Source: Octopus bimaculoides (taxonomy: Eukaryota). From it: a DNA stretch of 64,000 bases. Of the stretch, positions 52,976 to 64,000 are shown one piece after another. The notes below the pieces were generated by a model. The model ran no database searches, was not told the DNA's origin, and worked only from the letters and a program-made list of their open reading frames with translations. The translations under genes were made by a program, and so were the position numbers. Position 1 is the first letter of the stretch, and the number at the start of each line of letters is the position of its first letter. Where the stretch lies: contig NC_068998.1 in NCBI RefSeq assembly GCF_001194135.2, forward strand, positions 53,604,259-53,668,258. Direction: 5' to 3'.

Positions 52976-53871
52976 ACAATTTCGATTGTGCCGTCCTGTC
53001 ACGTTCTTGTGAAATGCATTGTATCAGCTGACTGGATTTCTGAGAAATAATTTGTTTTTGAAACTGAGTTCACTTCTAGTTCTCTTTTCACGTTTAATAT
53101 TAATTACGAGCAACCCATCACGCACAGAGGGCAACGACGGACGACGGAGCTCCTGAAAGATACAAAGTGCATGTGTTCTAATTTGTTATCGTTTGTGACA
53201 AATAACAACAAACTGCCCCTTCATCAATTAAAACTATTACGTAAACCGCAGAGGAATACGGTGGCCTGACGAAAATGTTTGGCATTTTTGTAATACCGTT
53301 AGTGTTGGTAATAATAATGTTGTTGTTGTTGTTGTTATTGCTAGTTTACTCTAGACGTTTTCTCGTTGGAAACGCATTCATTTTCCGTCGAGCTGTTATT
53401 GCTTCAACATTTATGTTGCCACTGCTGCTGTATCTGTCATGGTTTACGCCGATTTCATTGTTATTTGTCTGCACATTTCAGGCTGAGGAGACGTATGTCC
53501 AACATCATTCTATTAATATCTAAGATTTTAACCTCCATACCATAGCTTATCCAGGATGTAATATCCAGTGTGTCTTCGTGTTGAGAAAATGAAATATGAA
53601 GGAGAATTAAGCTGCTAGTTTCAACCGCAAATCCTTCACTGACACATTGTTGTTAATGTTCCTTTACTTTCTGTCGCCATGCTATTGTTCTTCTAATCTT
53701 CGTATTTTTGCCATCATTCATTTCACACTACATCGACAGAAGAGAATGCACACTCTCATTGTAGAAATACAGTTCTGCTTTCAGTTTCCCTAACCATTAC
53801 CGCATAGGAAACAGTGAACAAAGGATTCACTGATTTTACGAAGGAAAACCCGGCTCAATAAATATCTGTTA

Positions 53872-54072
53872 CAAGGCGGCGAGCTGGCAGAAACGCTAGC
53901 ATGCCGTGCGATATTCGTAGCGGCATTTCGTATGTCTTTACGTTCAGAGTTCAAATTCGGCCGAGGTCAACTTCACCTTTCGATAAACTAAGTACCAGTT
54001 GCGTACTGGGGTCGATTTAATCGACTGGCCCCCTCCCCAAAAATTTCAGGATTTTTGCCTAGAGTATAAAAG
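53872..54072 (+). mobile_element. SINE family A, full length, with perfect 15-bp TSD
   Basis: AATAAATATCTGTTA at 53857-53871 and 54073-54087. Highly similar to 11060-11272. Confidence 0.92.
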
Positions 54073-54139
54073 AATAAATATCTGTTAAATGCAATCGAGG
54101 CAGTTTTAAATTTTAATAGACGTCTATGTATCAGGTTAC

Positions 54140-54190
<51 letters not shown>

Positions 54191-54519
54191 GTTAAGCGGC
54201 CAGGCACTGTAGTATTCGCGCTGATCGACCACTGACCCACCTGCTGCATTATGCATCTGGTTTTCTTGCTGGACACTGCTAAGGCGATCTTGCCTCTTCC
54301 TCCGATATGTATTTTTGTGACAAGATGAATTATAAAATATTATATCATTTTCAACTGGTGAGAAATATTCCAAAGCGACTCCCACTCTCCATTGTATTTC
54401 TAACTTCAGGTAACACCTAAGACTAATATTTACACGAAACTGGGCCAAGTTTCGAATACTGTGGAAGGACACTTATGTGTCCAGTTATGTAATGAAGACC
54501 TCTACTTGTGTGTTACAGA

Positions 54520-54905
54520 TATATCAGGAGAGACTGTTGCAGACAATACATAGATTTACTGGGAAAATTAATGTAATATCCAAGGCAAAGCTGGAGAGAT
54601 GAAAATTCATCAAGAACAATACTATTAAGTTAGATACCAGAAAAAAATGGAGATAAGAGAACCAACCAAAACACATCACTAGAAATCAATAAATTAGACT
54701 GTGTATCTTTCATACATACACACACAATCATTCATACACATACACACACAATCATTCATACACATACACACATACTCACACACGAGGGAAAGAAAGGTTC
54801 AGATTGAAGTAATATAGAGTCTTTAGATTAATAGTTAAACAGAGCTAATTACAAAATATAAAGTAAAAATCAATACAGTAGCTGTCCCTGTAGTAAGTTA
54901 TAATA
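54520..54905 (+). mobile_element. Decayed R4/Dong-clade RT C-terminal (thumb) fragment, split by a (CA)-rich insert
   Basis: KINTVAVPVVSY at ~54865-54902 (R4-type AINTxAVPVxxY), preceded by a frameshifted RLI.KTEL-like stretch and followed by (TAA)n. Confidence 0.62.
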
Positions 54906-57589
54906 ATAATAATATTCTCAACACTAAAAGAACGAACTGGTCTAAATTGGAGGAAAGAACGGGGGTGGGGAGAAACGAAAACCAGTAACTAAATAGAAAT
55001 TAACAAAAAAGAAAACAGAAAATCAATAAATGCGTTTAGAATTCGTCTTAAAATCTAGCAAATATCTTATTCTTTTATTCGTTTCAGTCATTTGACTGTG
55101 GCCATGCTCGAGCACCGCCTTTAGTCGAACAAATCGACCTCAAGGCTTATTCTATGATACCAACATAAAATATTCACATATAGGACTGGGATTTTTTTTC
55201 CATACATATCATATGATTCTATATCATTAGTTATGTATCCTGGGCTCATTAGGTGTTTCGGGTCCTTTAACACCACATACAGTCATCTGGGGTTGATCAA
55301 GTGCCAGATTTTATTCAGTTAGCACTACCCCTTGTTACCACTGCTCCTCGTAAGGATCAAACCTTCCGATACACAGCTCTCATGAGACAATCTCCATTGC
55401 CTCCAAAGCCAACCTGCTGGCCTCTCGCTTACAGACTCCTCAGATGCTAAGAATGCTGGAAGATCAGCGAAGGAACTTGACTACAAAAATATGGCATTTC
55501 ACCCGGATGGGATTCACATTACGCCGTTGCTTTGTCGTGTTTCCTTCTGTTACACTTATTTGCATCCTTGATGTGGCCCAGCCAGAGAACGCAGAGGTCA
55601 AGCAGAACTTGCTGCGTGGATAAAATATGTAGTGAGAAATATGGGCAAACTAATAAAACTGCCAACGGAAATAAGATAAAAATTGTGATTTCACTATTTA
55701 AGGAAACTAACAAATACAAACGAGCATTGAAGGATCATATTTTTCAGGAAGAGAGAAACAGTGTTGCAAAATAAGCGATGTTGAAATATTGTAAGTTATG
55801 TTGCAAAGAGCAACGGTATAGGAATAGCCACAGAGGGTTTCTCATTGATGAGGTGGGAAATGTCGACGAAAGGAGTCTGATGGACGTGACTGATTGGTTG
55901 ACCAAACGCTTAGTCAAACAAATGATTACTAAATTGATTAAATGATTATGTACTTGACCAGTAACAACAAAAACAAAAAGAACAATACGATTACTACTAC
56001 TACGAATAATAATAAGAAGAACAACGACAGCAATAATAATAATCATAATAATAATAATAATTTCAATTTTATTCCGTCCGTTTAATCTGCGCAAGTACTC
56101 CACCTTAAATGTTTCTGTTATTTCTTTCTGTTTTCGTCCCAGGACTATGTTAGAAGACCATTGCGCCGCGCAGGCGGACTGAACCAGAAACTATGTCGCT
56201 ACAAATCGAGCTTGTTAACCACTCGGCCACAGCTGCTTTGAAAACAGAAATAAAATGTAATTGGCAACCAATAGAAAAGAGAATTCTCATGTAATTACTG
56301 TACGCATGCGCTAAGTCATGGAGGTGTTGCAGAGAAGATCGTTCATTTTGAAGAGAAAGTAATAAAATCGTTCTATCGTTCTGCGGTTCCGAAATATCGC
56401 TGTCATTCAGCATTTCGCTTTAATTTAGTATTAGATTTGTAAATTGAACAGCAGACAGCTGGAAATTTTTATAGAGTTATCTGACATAGGAAATAAAATG
56501 AAACGAAGGCAAAGCTTTTGTCTATAGTCTGTTGGCTGAATCGAAGGAAGTAATTAACAAGAAATGGAAGATGAACAATATCAAGTGAGAGAGAGAGAGG
56601 GAAAAATGTAGTAGTAAAGAAAGATAGAAAGTGTGAGGGGGGGGGGAAGTTAGAGAGGTAGAGAAGAGAGAGAGAGAGAGAAAATGAAGGAGGAAATATT
56701 TTAATGGGTTTAAGCAGCACTTCTAACCTGATATCGGGATGATTTCATGGCAGTTTGGCAAACATCTACAACAGCATCAACAACAACAACGTTATCTTAA
56801 GAGACTTTCTTTGATCTTTTCAGATTAATTAACGAAGAGGGGACAATATGATTATCGTCATCTGCATCCTCCAAATCATCCTTTTCATCATCATCATCAA
56901 CCTTTACATCGCCGTCGTCGTCACCATTAACAGTTTTTATTTAGTGTTTTTATTACTTTAGTATAATTTTTTTTTTTTATAAAGACTAATCCGAAAGCTG
57001 AGTGGTTTAGATTAAAAGAAAAAAAACCCTGTCTGAACCTTGTTTCCACTACGACTTCCCCCTCTCCCTTTCTTTCGTTCTCTCTCTCTCTCTATCTTCT
57101 TTCTCTTTTTCTTTTTTTCTCTCTCACTCTCTTACTCTCTCTCTCCCTCTCTCTCGCTCTGTATTTCTCTCGAACTATCTTTCTGCCTGTCTGCATTCAT
57201 TCTCTTGATTTAGTCTTTCTTTCCACTTTCTCACTCACACTATCCCTCTACCTCCTCTCTCTATCATGCAGCTTTGTGCATCGTCATTATCATCATCATC
57301 ACCATCACTCTCTTCGATATCCACATCGTGCATACTCTTCTTCCATCGTAACACTATACTCTATGCCCCCTTCACCGCCATCGTCTTGACCCTTTTAAAA
57401 CCGAGACTCGGGATTCAAGTCGTTGACTCTAATCATTGCACCACCCGTCAGGTATTACACCCTGCCGTTCTGTACTAAGTAGTGACACACTGGATGGTGT
57501 AGATCGACATACCCTTAAAACTACGGGGTAGATACGGCCTTATTCTATCGTTTGCTGAAATTCAAAAAAAGCGGGGCAGCGAGTAAAAC

Positions 57590-57900
57590 CTCTGCAGTCG
57601 AACTAATAGCAGCGAATCTGATGTCGTTAACGTTTCTCTTGAACTTCTCCAAGTCAACGCAAGCTGTAAAGATATGAGAAGAGAGCAGTTGCAGAGGACC
57701 GACATGTTAAGGCTGGTTGATGGTAGTCAGGGTGGCCCTAAGTTGAACACGATATGGGTGATTAAAGGACAAGAGAGGAGAGAAGTGAGGGCGCTTATGA
57801 GGGTCTGGTACGTCATCAGATTGATTCGGAGACAGAATCCATTGTAGGGTCAGGATACAAGGAAGGAAAGAAAGAGAGGAGATGTTGTCTGGCCAGACAG
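57590..57900 (-). mobile_element. L2/Crack-like (CR1 group) LINE 3' remnant
   Basis: Minus-strand peptides YNGFC, FNHPYRVQL and SHIFTACVDLEKFKRNVN resemble the Y.G.C / HPY.V / WN.LP..VFP...L..FK..V terminal motifs. Confidence 0.55.
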
Positions 57901-58345
57901 ACGCCGATGGTGGTGGCAATGTTGATGGTGGTGGTGGTGTCGATGGTGGTGGTGGTGTCGATTTCAGCGAGAGTGAGACTAGTCGTGGCTGTGAATAGTG
58001 ATGGTAGTGGTAGTAGTAGTAGTAGTAGAGGTGATGGTGGTGGTGTTAGTAATAGTGGAACCACTGGGCTGTTGGAGGTGGACGAGATGTTGGTAGAGAT
58101 TTGGGAGGAGTAAGCAAAGTTTGGCGGGGGGTTGCGTAGAGGAGAAGGAAGAGAGAAGAGACGAGGACGAATGGAAGGAACTGAAGACTTGAAGTTTCAC
58201 GTTGAATGAATGAAGAGGAGGAGGGGAAGAGGAAAAAGCAAAAGGAGAGGAGGAGGGCGGACGGGGGAACCGACGAAACCATTTTGGCAGGGACTGTTAG
58301 AACAGGTTTTGCACTATTGCCGTGACCACAATGTTAGCAACTGAT

Positions 58346-58392
<47 letters not shown>

Positions 58393-58774
58393 GAGTAGTA
58401 CAGCTGGTGGCGGTGGTGGTCGCAGAGGTGGGTAGCATCGGTATTGGTGGTGGTTATAGTGGTGATGATGATGATGATGATAATGATGACGTCTACGGTG
58501 ACGGTCGTGATGGTGGCGCTTGCAGACAGCTATAAAATTAATTATATAGAACAGATCAAATACTGCAAACAAGATCAGCAAACTAAAATAATGATAATAA
58601 TAATAATAATAATGATGATGATGACGATGATAATAATAATTTCGTATAATTTTGATATATTCCGGTAAATAATAATTCTAAATAAGTTCTTTGTGTTCCT
58701 ATCCTCTCGGCCAATTCTATGGCACCATTTCAAGAATATCATTCACTAAAAACCAATCACTGGTTTCTTGCCTA

Positions 58775-58811
<37 letters not shown>

Positions 58812-59459
58812 TCTCTCTTCCTCTTTCTCTCTCCCTCTCTCACTTTCTTTCTCTCCCTAACAAATAGAAAGAGGAGTTTCATTTTATCATACTTTTCTTT
58901 CTATATTTTTAGTAGAAGAGACAATGATCGAATTGTTATTATTCTGACAAGGAGGTCACAAGTCAATGTTCAAAAGTCATGGCCTGAGGTCCAATGAAAC
59001 GAATTTCAATGTTTCTTTAATCAACACTCAATACATCTTCTTTGATCGTATATCAACGATATAAACTCATGCATTTTTTTTTTATTCTGGTTGGAAACAA
59101 GTCTCGCTATTGTTTTTATTTTTTATTGTTTTTTATTGCAGCGTCGAAAAGAGGTGCATCACAGCATTTACTTACGAGTAATTTCATTTCGAATCCCACC
59201 GACGCCAATTTGCTTGTCATCATTTTCTGGATAGACAAATAATGTACCAGCATATTACAGAAGACGAAAGTGAAAAGCGTAATTTCAAGTAATGAACATC
59301 CTTTTGTATGGTTGTTACTTCACAGTATATACAATGAAATTGTAGATTCCCCATCACATAGAAACATGAAAATCTTTTTAAAAGTTATAGCTTCGCGTTA
59401 TTAAAAAACATCATCGAAGCCGCCCAGTCTTTGAAAATGTGCGATGGCATGTTTTACAG

Positions 59460-59502
59460 CCTTACCCAATCAGATCTACCAAGAACCAGAAACTCTTTGT
59501 AG
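59460..59502 (+). CDS. Candidate 43-nt micro-exon
   Basis: TTTTACAG acceptor and AG|GTAAC donor. Frame 0 reads PYPIRSTKNQKLFV(G). Confidence 0.15.
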
Positions 59503-60699
59503 GTAACATCGAGTATTCAGTAGTTGAATTTTGATACGAGATAAAATTTAACATAATCTGGCAAAAGTCTTCAGCTACAGCACACTAACATTGAATTAAT
59601 TCTGGAGGAAATATAACTCGCAGCTAATACAAATGAATAAAATTTTATAACATGGTGAGGTTAACAACCTTATTAAAAATGTTACTTTTAACATATATTT
59701 CTGTAACCCCGTGCTTTCATAAGGTCACAGACTAACATTTATAGTTATATTATGATAAACTGTTTTAATCTTAAAACAAATTATTGTTGGCAACCCTCTC
59801 CATTTTAATATATTTCTTATTTTAAAGAAAATATTTATTTTCACTTTTATTTTACTAAATACAAATATTTGGCAGCCGTTTTTTTTTAAATTTAATAAAT
59901 TACTTCAGTTATAAAACATATGCTATTTTTATTATTATTTTCAAGTATAAAAGACTATCTGCATTTTAAATTTCAAGTATTACACTGCTAGCGTATCCAT
60001 TTGTCGTCTATCATCTTCTCTATACGCTGCCTTGAAGATATTTAATGTACCTCTCTACATTTGGATTTTGTATAATACATGGATTTAGATTTGGTGGTTG
60101 TGGGGTCGTTGAGCCTAAAATAGAAAGGATTATTAAATTTAAAAAAGTCATTACGTAGGGTGTCTGTTATGTGTAGCAAGGCTAAGTGTTTGACCCGAAT
60201 ACGAATTTCGTGGACCTTCGCACAGTTTTTCAACATCCTTATCATTTATCATACGTAAAAGTTACACATTCTATTGATTTTACTTTCGTGCCCAGAATAC
60301 TGCTTATTCCATATTGAAATTTTTTTTTCTTTGGATTCCTTATGTCTGTCTTTGAATGTTTTAGTAAAACAAAATGGGTTATCTCCCAGAGTGCACGCAT
60401 TCCTATACTTGTCCTACAATATCTGGATATTGTCTGGACAAATGTATCCCTGATAATTATGACTCATTCCTTTGTGTAGTTTCCGGTTTATAACAGTGAC
60501 CTGTTTTCAATCACAATGGCAGTATATTAATCAGTCAACGCAGATACGCATTCGATTATGTCAATAACCCTAACTGAATATGGCAAAGCCTGGACAAACG
60601 GAAATATGTTCAATTCCCTAAAGGGTGTCATATTATGCAATTGGTGTTATATTTTTAAGTAATCGCTTTTGAAATAATTTCTGGTTAAGATTTTGACAT

Positions 60700-63000
60700 G
60701 TGCTAAAAAGCACCAGAACACGTTGCTGCTTAAGCTTTCGTTAGATTTCGTTTTGAACGACGTCGTCGCTGTTGCGATTTTTCCTTTTAGAGTCCAAATC
60801 GGAAACTTTTCACCGTATTTTCTTTTTTCTGGAACATCTAAAATTCCGATTAAATTTCATTTTGTAACATTTTTTTCTGCTCTGGCTATATTTAAATCCT
60901 TTCTTCGGTGCAGTTGCTTTCTAACTTGTGCTTGAGTGTTTCCTTATCTATAGAGAGAGAGACATGTTTTCTGCCTATTTCCTAACGACACTAATCCGTT
61001 TCTTGCTGCTTGCTTTATACATTTTTTGGAATCCCATTTTGCTACGAGACGCCGTCTTTCCTGTGTGTGTCATAGATATATTCACCGTGTTTTGCTGACT
61101 TCGCAACGCTTTTAATGGTATCCTGATTTTTATATTTAAACTCTCCATTTCTTCGTGTTTATTGTCTTTCGCGTAGTTTACAACTGAAACAACTTGTGTA
61201 TTATACATATTCTATTTCTTTCGTCACCTTTAGTTCTGAATTTTATCCTAACCTTCTCTTTTCCTTTTGCTTTGTTGTTAAAATAACTTCTGTAAGCATT
61301 TGTATGCGTGATTTTAGATAATTATCTTGATTTTAGATAATTAGCTTGATTCTTTCATCTGTGTCTAATTTTATGTTGTCAGTTTTAGGTATTTTCCCTC
61401 TCCTTAGAATAATGTCGGTATATATGCCAAATCTTACGCTAAGATTTGGTTCAACTGTAGTACAATATATTTGTGACATTTCAGAAGGGTATTTTATGAT
61501 GTTTATATATTTTAAGGCATCAATATAGGGGAAATTGTTGGATGTGTATCTGTAGCAGAGATACTCGGGAAATTGAGTATAGGACAAGTTTTCTTATATT
61601 TTCCCACTTAACCTGTGGAATTATTCTTTCCCATTCTGATAACCTTTGTTAAGTTTGGAGTTTCTATATTTATGTTGGCTGAGCTCATTTAGTTTCATGC
61701 TATCAACCATATAAACTTGCAATTACATTGAATTTAGTCTGTCTTCCACCATTAGACTTTTTGTTTGTTTTTGTTATTGTTGTTGTACATATTCCTGTTA
61801 AAATAAGTTACAATTTTTTGTTTTCCTGGAAGAAGCGCTGATGTCTTCCAAAACATCCTACGCAACAAGTTTTTGCTATTATTTTATAAAACATCCCATT
61901 TCTCTCAAGACTGTCTTCATACGTATAACTTTTTCCCTTTATCTCTTCATGGTGAATATTCCTTTTCTTTTCTAACATTTTTCATCTTAGAATTACATAG
62001 AGTATATGTTCCGTCTAACTTTAGAAGATCTTTTAGATGTACCATGTACCGGCCACGATTCGATACTGCCGCTTTAACTAAATAAATCGAATAATCCAAC
62101 GTATTGATACACCTAGTTTATTTCCATCGACAAAGATTCATACATCACCCCGTAATAAAATTCTTTTATCTTTCGTGAAGTTATTGAGGTATTTTTGAAT
62201 TTACTTAGGTTTTACCGTAATTCTATGTTAAGAGATTGTGTTCGTTGCATTCGATTATATTTAAAGTTTATATCAGCCACTTCAGAAACGTTTGGTTCAA
62301 TATATATTTGGTTGAAATTTGTTCTGTCTTTTTTATGGGATTTCGCTCATCTTTAATGGTGACCTCTGTGATCTTCATCATCATTTTGTGAGTTAGTTTT
62401 TATATTTTTGTTTTCGTTTTCGATATAATATAAGGCCTTGTTTATATCTGCTGTGTTAGATCACATTGTATTTTCTCTATTTTGAAATATCGGTTATAGA
62501 ATCGTATGATTTTTATTATTTCTTTATTGAAATCTTGTATGGATCCCGTTCTTTTTATTGTATGGATTATTTGTGGTTATCCTTTTTAGTGTACATCGTT
62601 TATTTTACTTCATTTCCACGAGTTATTCTTTCAATTTTCGGTAGTTTCTTTTTTTTATTTTATGATAAATCTCCGTACATTGGCCACTGTACTTATATTA
62701 ATATATTCTTTCTATAATTCATACCTGTGTTATGATACTTGTGCATGTTTTATATACTGTTTAGGCATAATAAGAATGTAACAATTCAATGTTATGTTCA
62801 TGGTGCAAACGTTCTTTGTTAATTTTCATGATGTGTTTGATGCTAGCAATAAAGAACGGACCTTTTTATTCGGATTTTCGGAATTTTTATGAAGATCACA
62901 ATAAATCGGAATCATCTGTAAATACATTTTAGAGTTATGGTGAAAGATTTATCATACGTCCTGACTTACTGATCCTATTTTTCTTTAAGAATTGCAGGGC
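60700..63000 (-). mobile_element. Highly decayed Penelope-like element (RT, Cys linker, GIY-YIG remnants)
   Basis: Correct order on the minus strand: IYCDLHKNSENPNKKVRSLLLAS (62906-62838, resembles PLE FY.LPKIHK..P..RPIVSS), KTCPIL (~61592-61575, Cys linker), CHKYI(V)..NLSVRF (~61481-61440, YIG..L..RF). Many stops and frameshifts. Confidence 0.5.
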
Positions 63001-63680
63001 TATCGGCACAGATGTAATGTTTTGAATAATGATGTTGTTGTTCTTTTTGTTGTTGCTGTTGTTGTTGTTATTCAGTAGTCTTCCTTTTATCATGTGCTTT
63101 TGCTGAACTACCGAGCACAGCTCTGTGTGTCTTGGGTATGTGTTGTGGTTTGTTTTGGTATTTTGTGACCATAAATAAAATTCATTTGAAAAATAAATAA
63201 AGTTGCAGCGGTTTGTTGCAAAAGGAAATATAACCTTTCTGTGAGGTATTTTGTCAACAATCGGGAAATGAGAAGAATGATTTCCTCATGCCTTGAAAAC
63301 GGTGTGGTGGGATTAACGCATAGACTGAAAAAAACCAGCAGAACGATGCTATGGTTGATATGTGGAGCAGAGTACTGTCCATAGATCAGGATAAATCAAG
63401 CGGAAACATCTTTCAAGTATTAAATACGGAAAGCACATCGGAGAAGTAGCGATACTGCAACATACACACACACATACATACACACACACATACATACACG
63501 CTCAGACACACATACTGACGCATCCTTACGCTTTTACCAGGCTATTCATGAGTCTAAACAGTTTACATGCATATCATCGTTGAAAAGAAATATACTTCGA
63601 TGATATCATGCGTGAAAACAAACACGACCGACTATAGAAAAATCAATTTTACCACAAAACAAGTGCAGCTTTGATGATGA

Positions 63681-63721
<41 letters not shown>

Positions 63722-64000
63722 CGTTATCTAAAAGGCATGTTGCATTAGTATATGCACAGTCGTTGTTTTTTTACAGATGTGTAAAAAATATATTATTTCT
63801 GACGGATAAATGTAAGAGTATACTAATCCATGAGTCCTAAATGCAAAATATGAAAGCATAAGTCTGGTTTGAAGTCACGTATGATTAAATATCCAGAGAA
63901 GTATGGAATTCACAGTATTGTGTGTTTTGTTGGTAGGAAAATTCGGGAAGGAGTAACGGACACAAAAATATGTCGCGTAAAACAAAACCAAAGCCAAAAC

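Noticed and set aside
55240-55300. Minus-strand CAGATGA...CGAAAC hammerhead-like string
   Set aside because: Core is mutated and no convincing stems I-III.
55380-55520. ETISIASKANLLASRLQTPQML..IW, possible CR1/L2 RT C-terminal remnant
   Set aside because: Similarity too diffuse to call without a profile search.
55778-55945. 55-aa ORF with GFLIDEVG (Walker-B-like)
   Set aside because: No Walker A, no convincing splice context, and too short; probably chance.

Overview
AT-rich eukaryotic, non-coding, repeat-dominated window with many N-gaps, most flanked by microsatellites. The tRNA-headed SINE families and (AT)n/(GT)n/(GATA)n/(CAT)n load look like a coleoid cephalopod (Octopus-type) genome; that assignment is my recognition, not a database hit. 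No complete protein-coding gene, rRNA, true tRNA or CRISPR array is supportable. Almost all listed ORFs are translations of simple repeats. Supportable content: (1) a 4-kb CpG-rich, almost purely alternating purine/pyrimidine satellite with higher-order structure; (2) dozens of SINE copies, two with intact TSDs and three that have seeded internal minisatellites; (3) fossils of a mariner (both TIRs plus TA), a Helitron with RepHel remnants and a canonical 3' end, four R4/Dong-clade LINE pieces, an L2/Crack-like LINE tail and a decayed Penelope-like element (PLE); (4) most interesting, several minimal type-I hammerhead-ribozyme-like motifs, including a back-to-back inverted pair at 6.8-7.1 kb that shares a palindromic stem III. 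These point to a cephalopod PLE/retrozyme-type ribozyme repeat system. All copies seen here look damaged. A few splice-bounded candidate exons are reported at low confidence.
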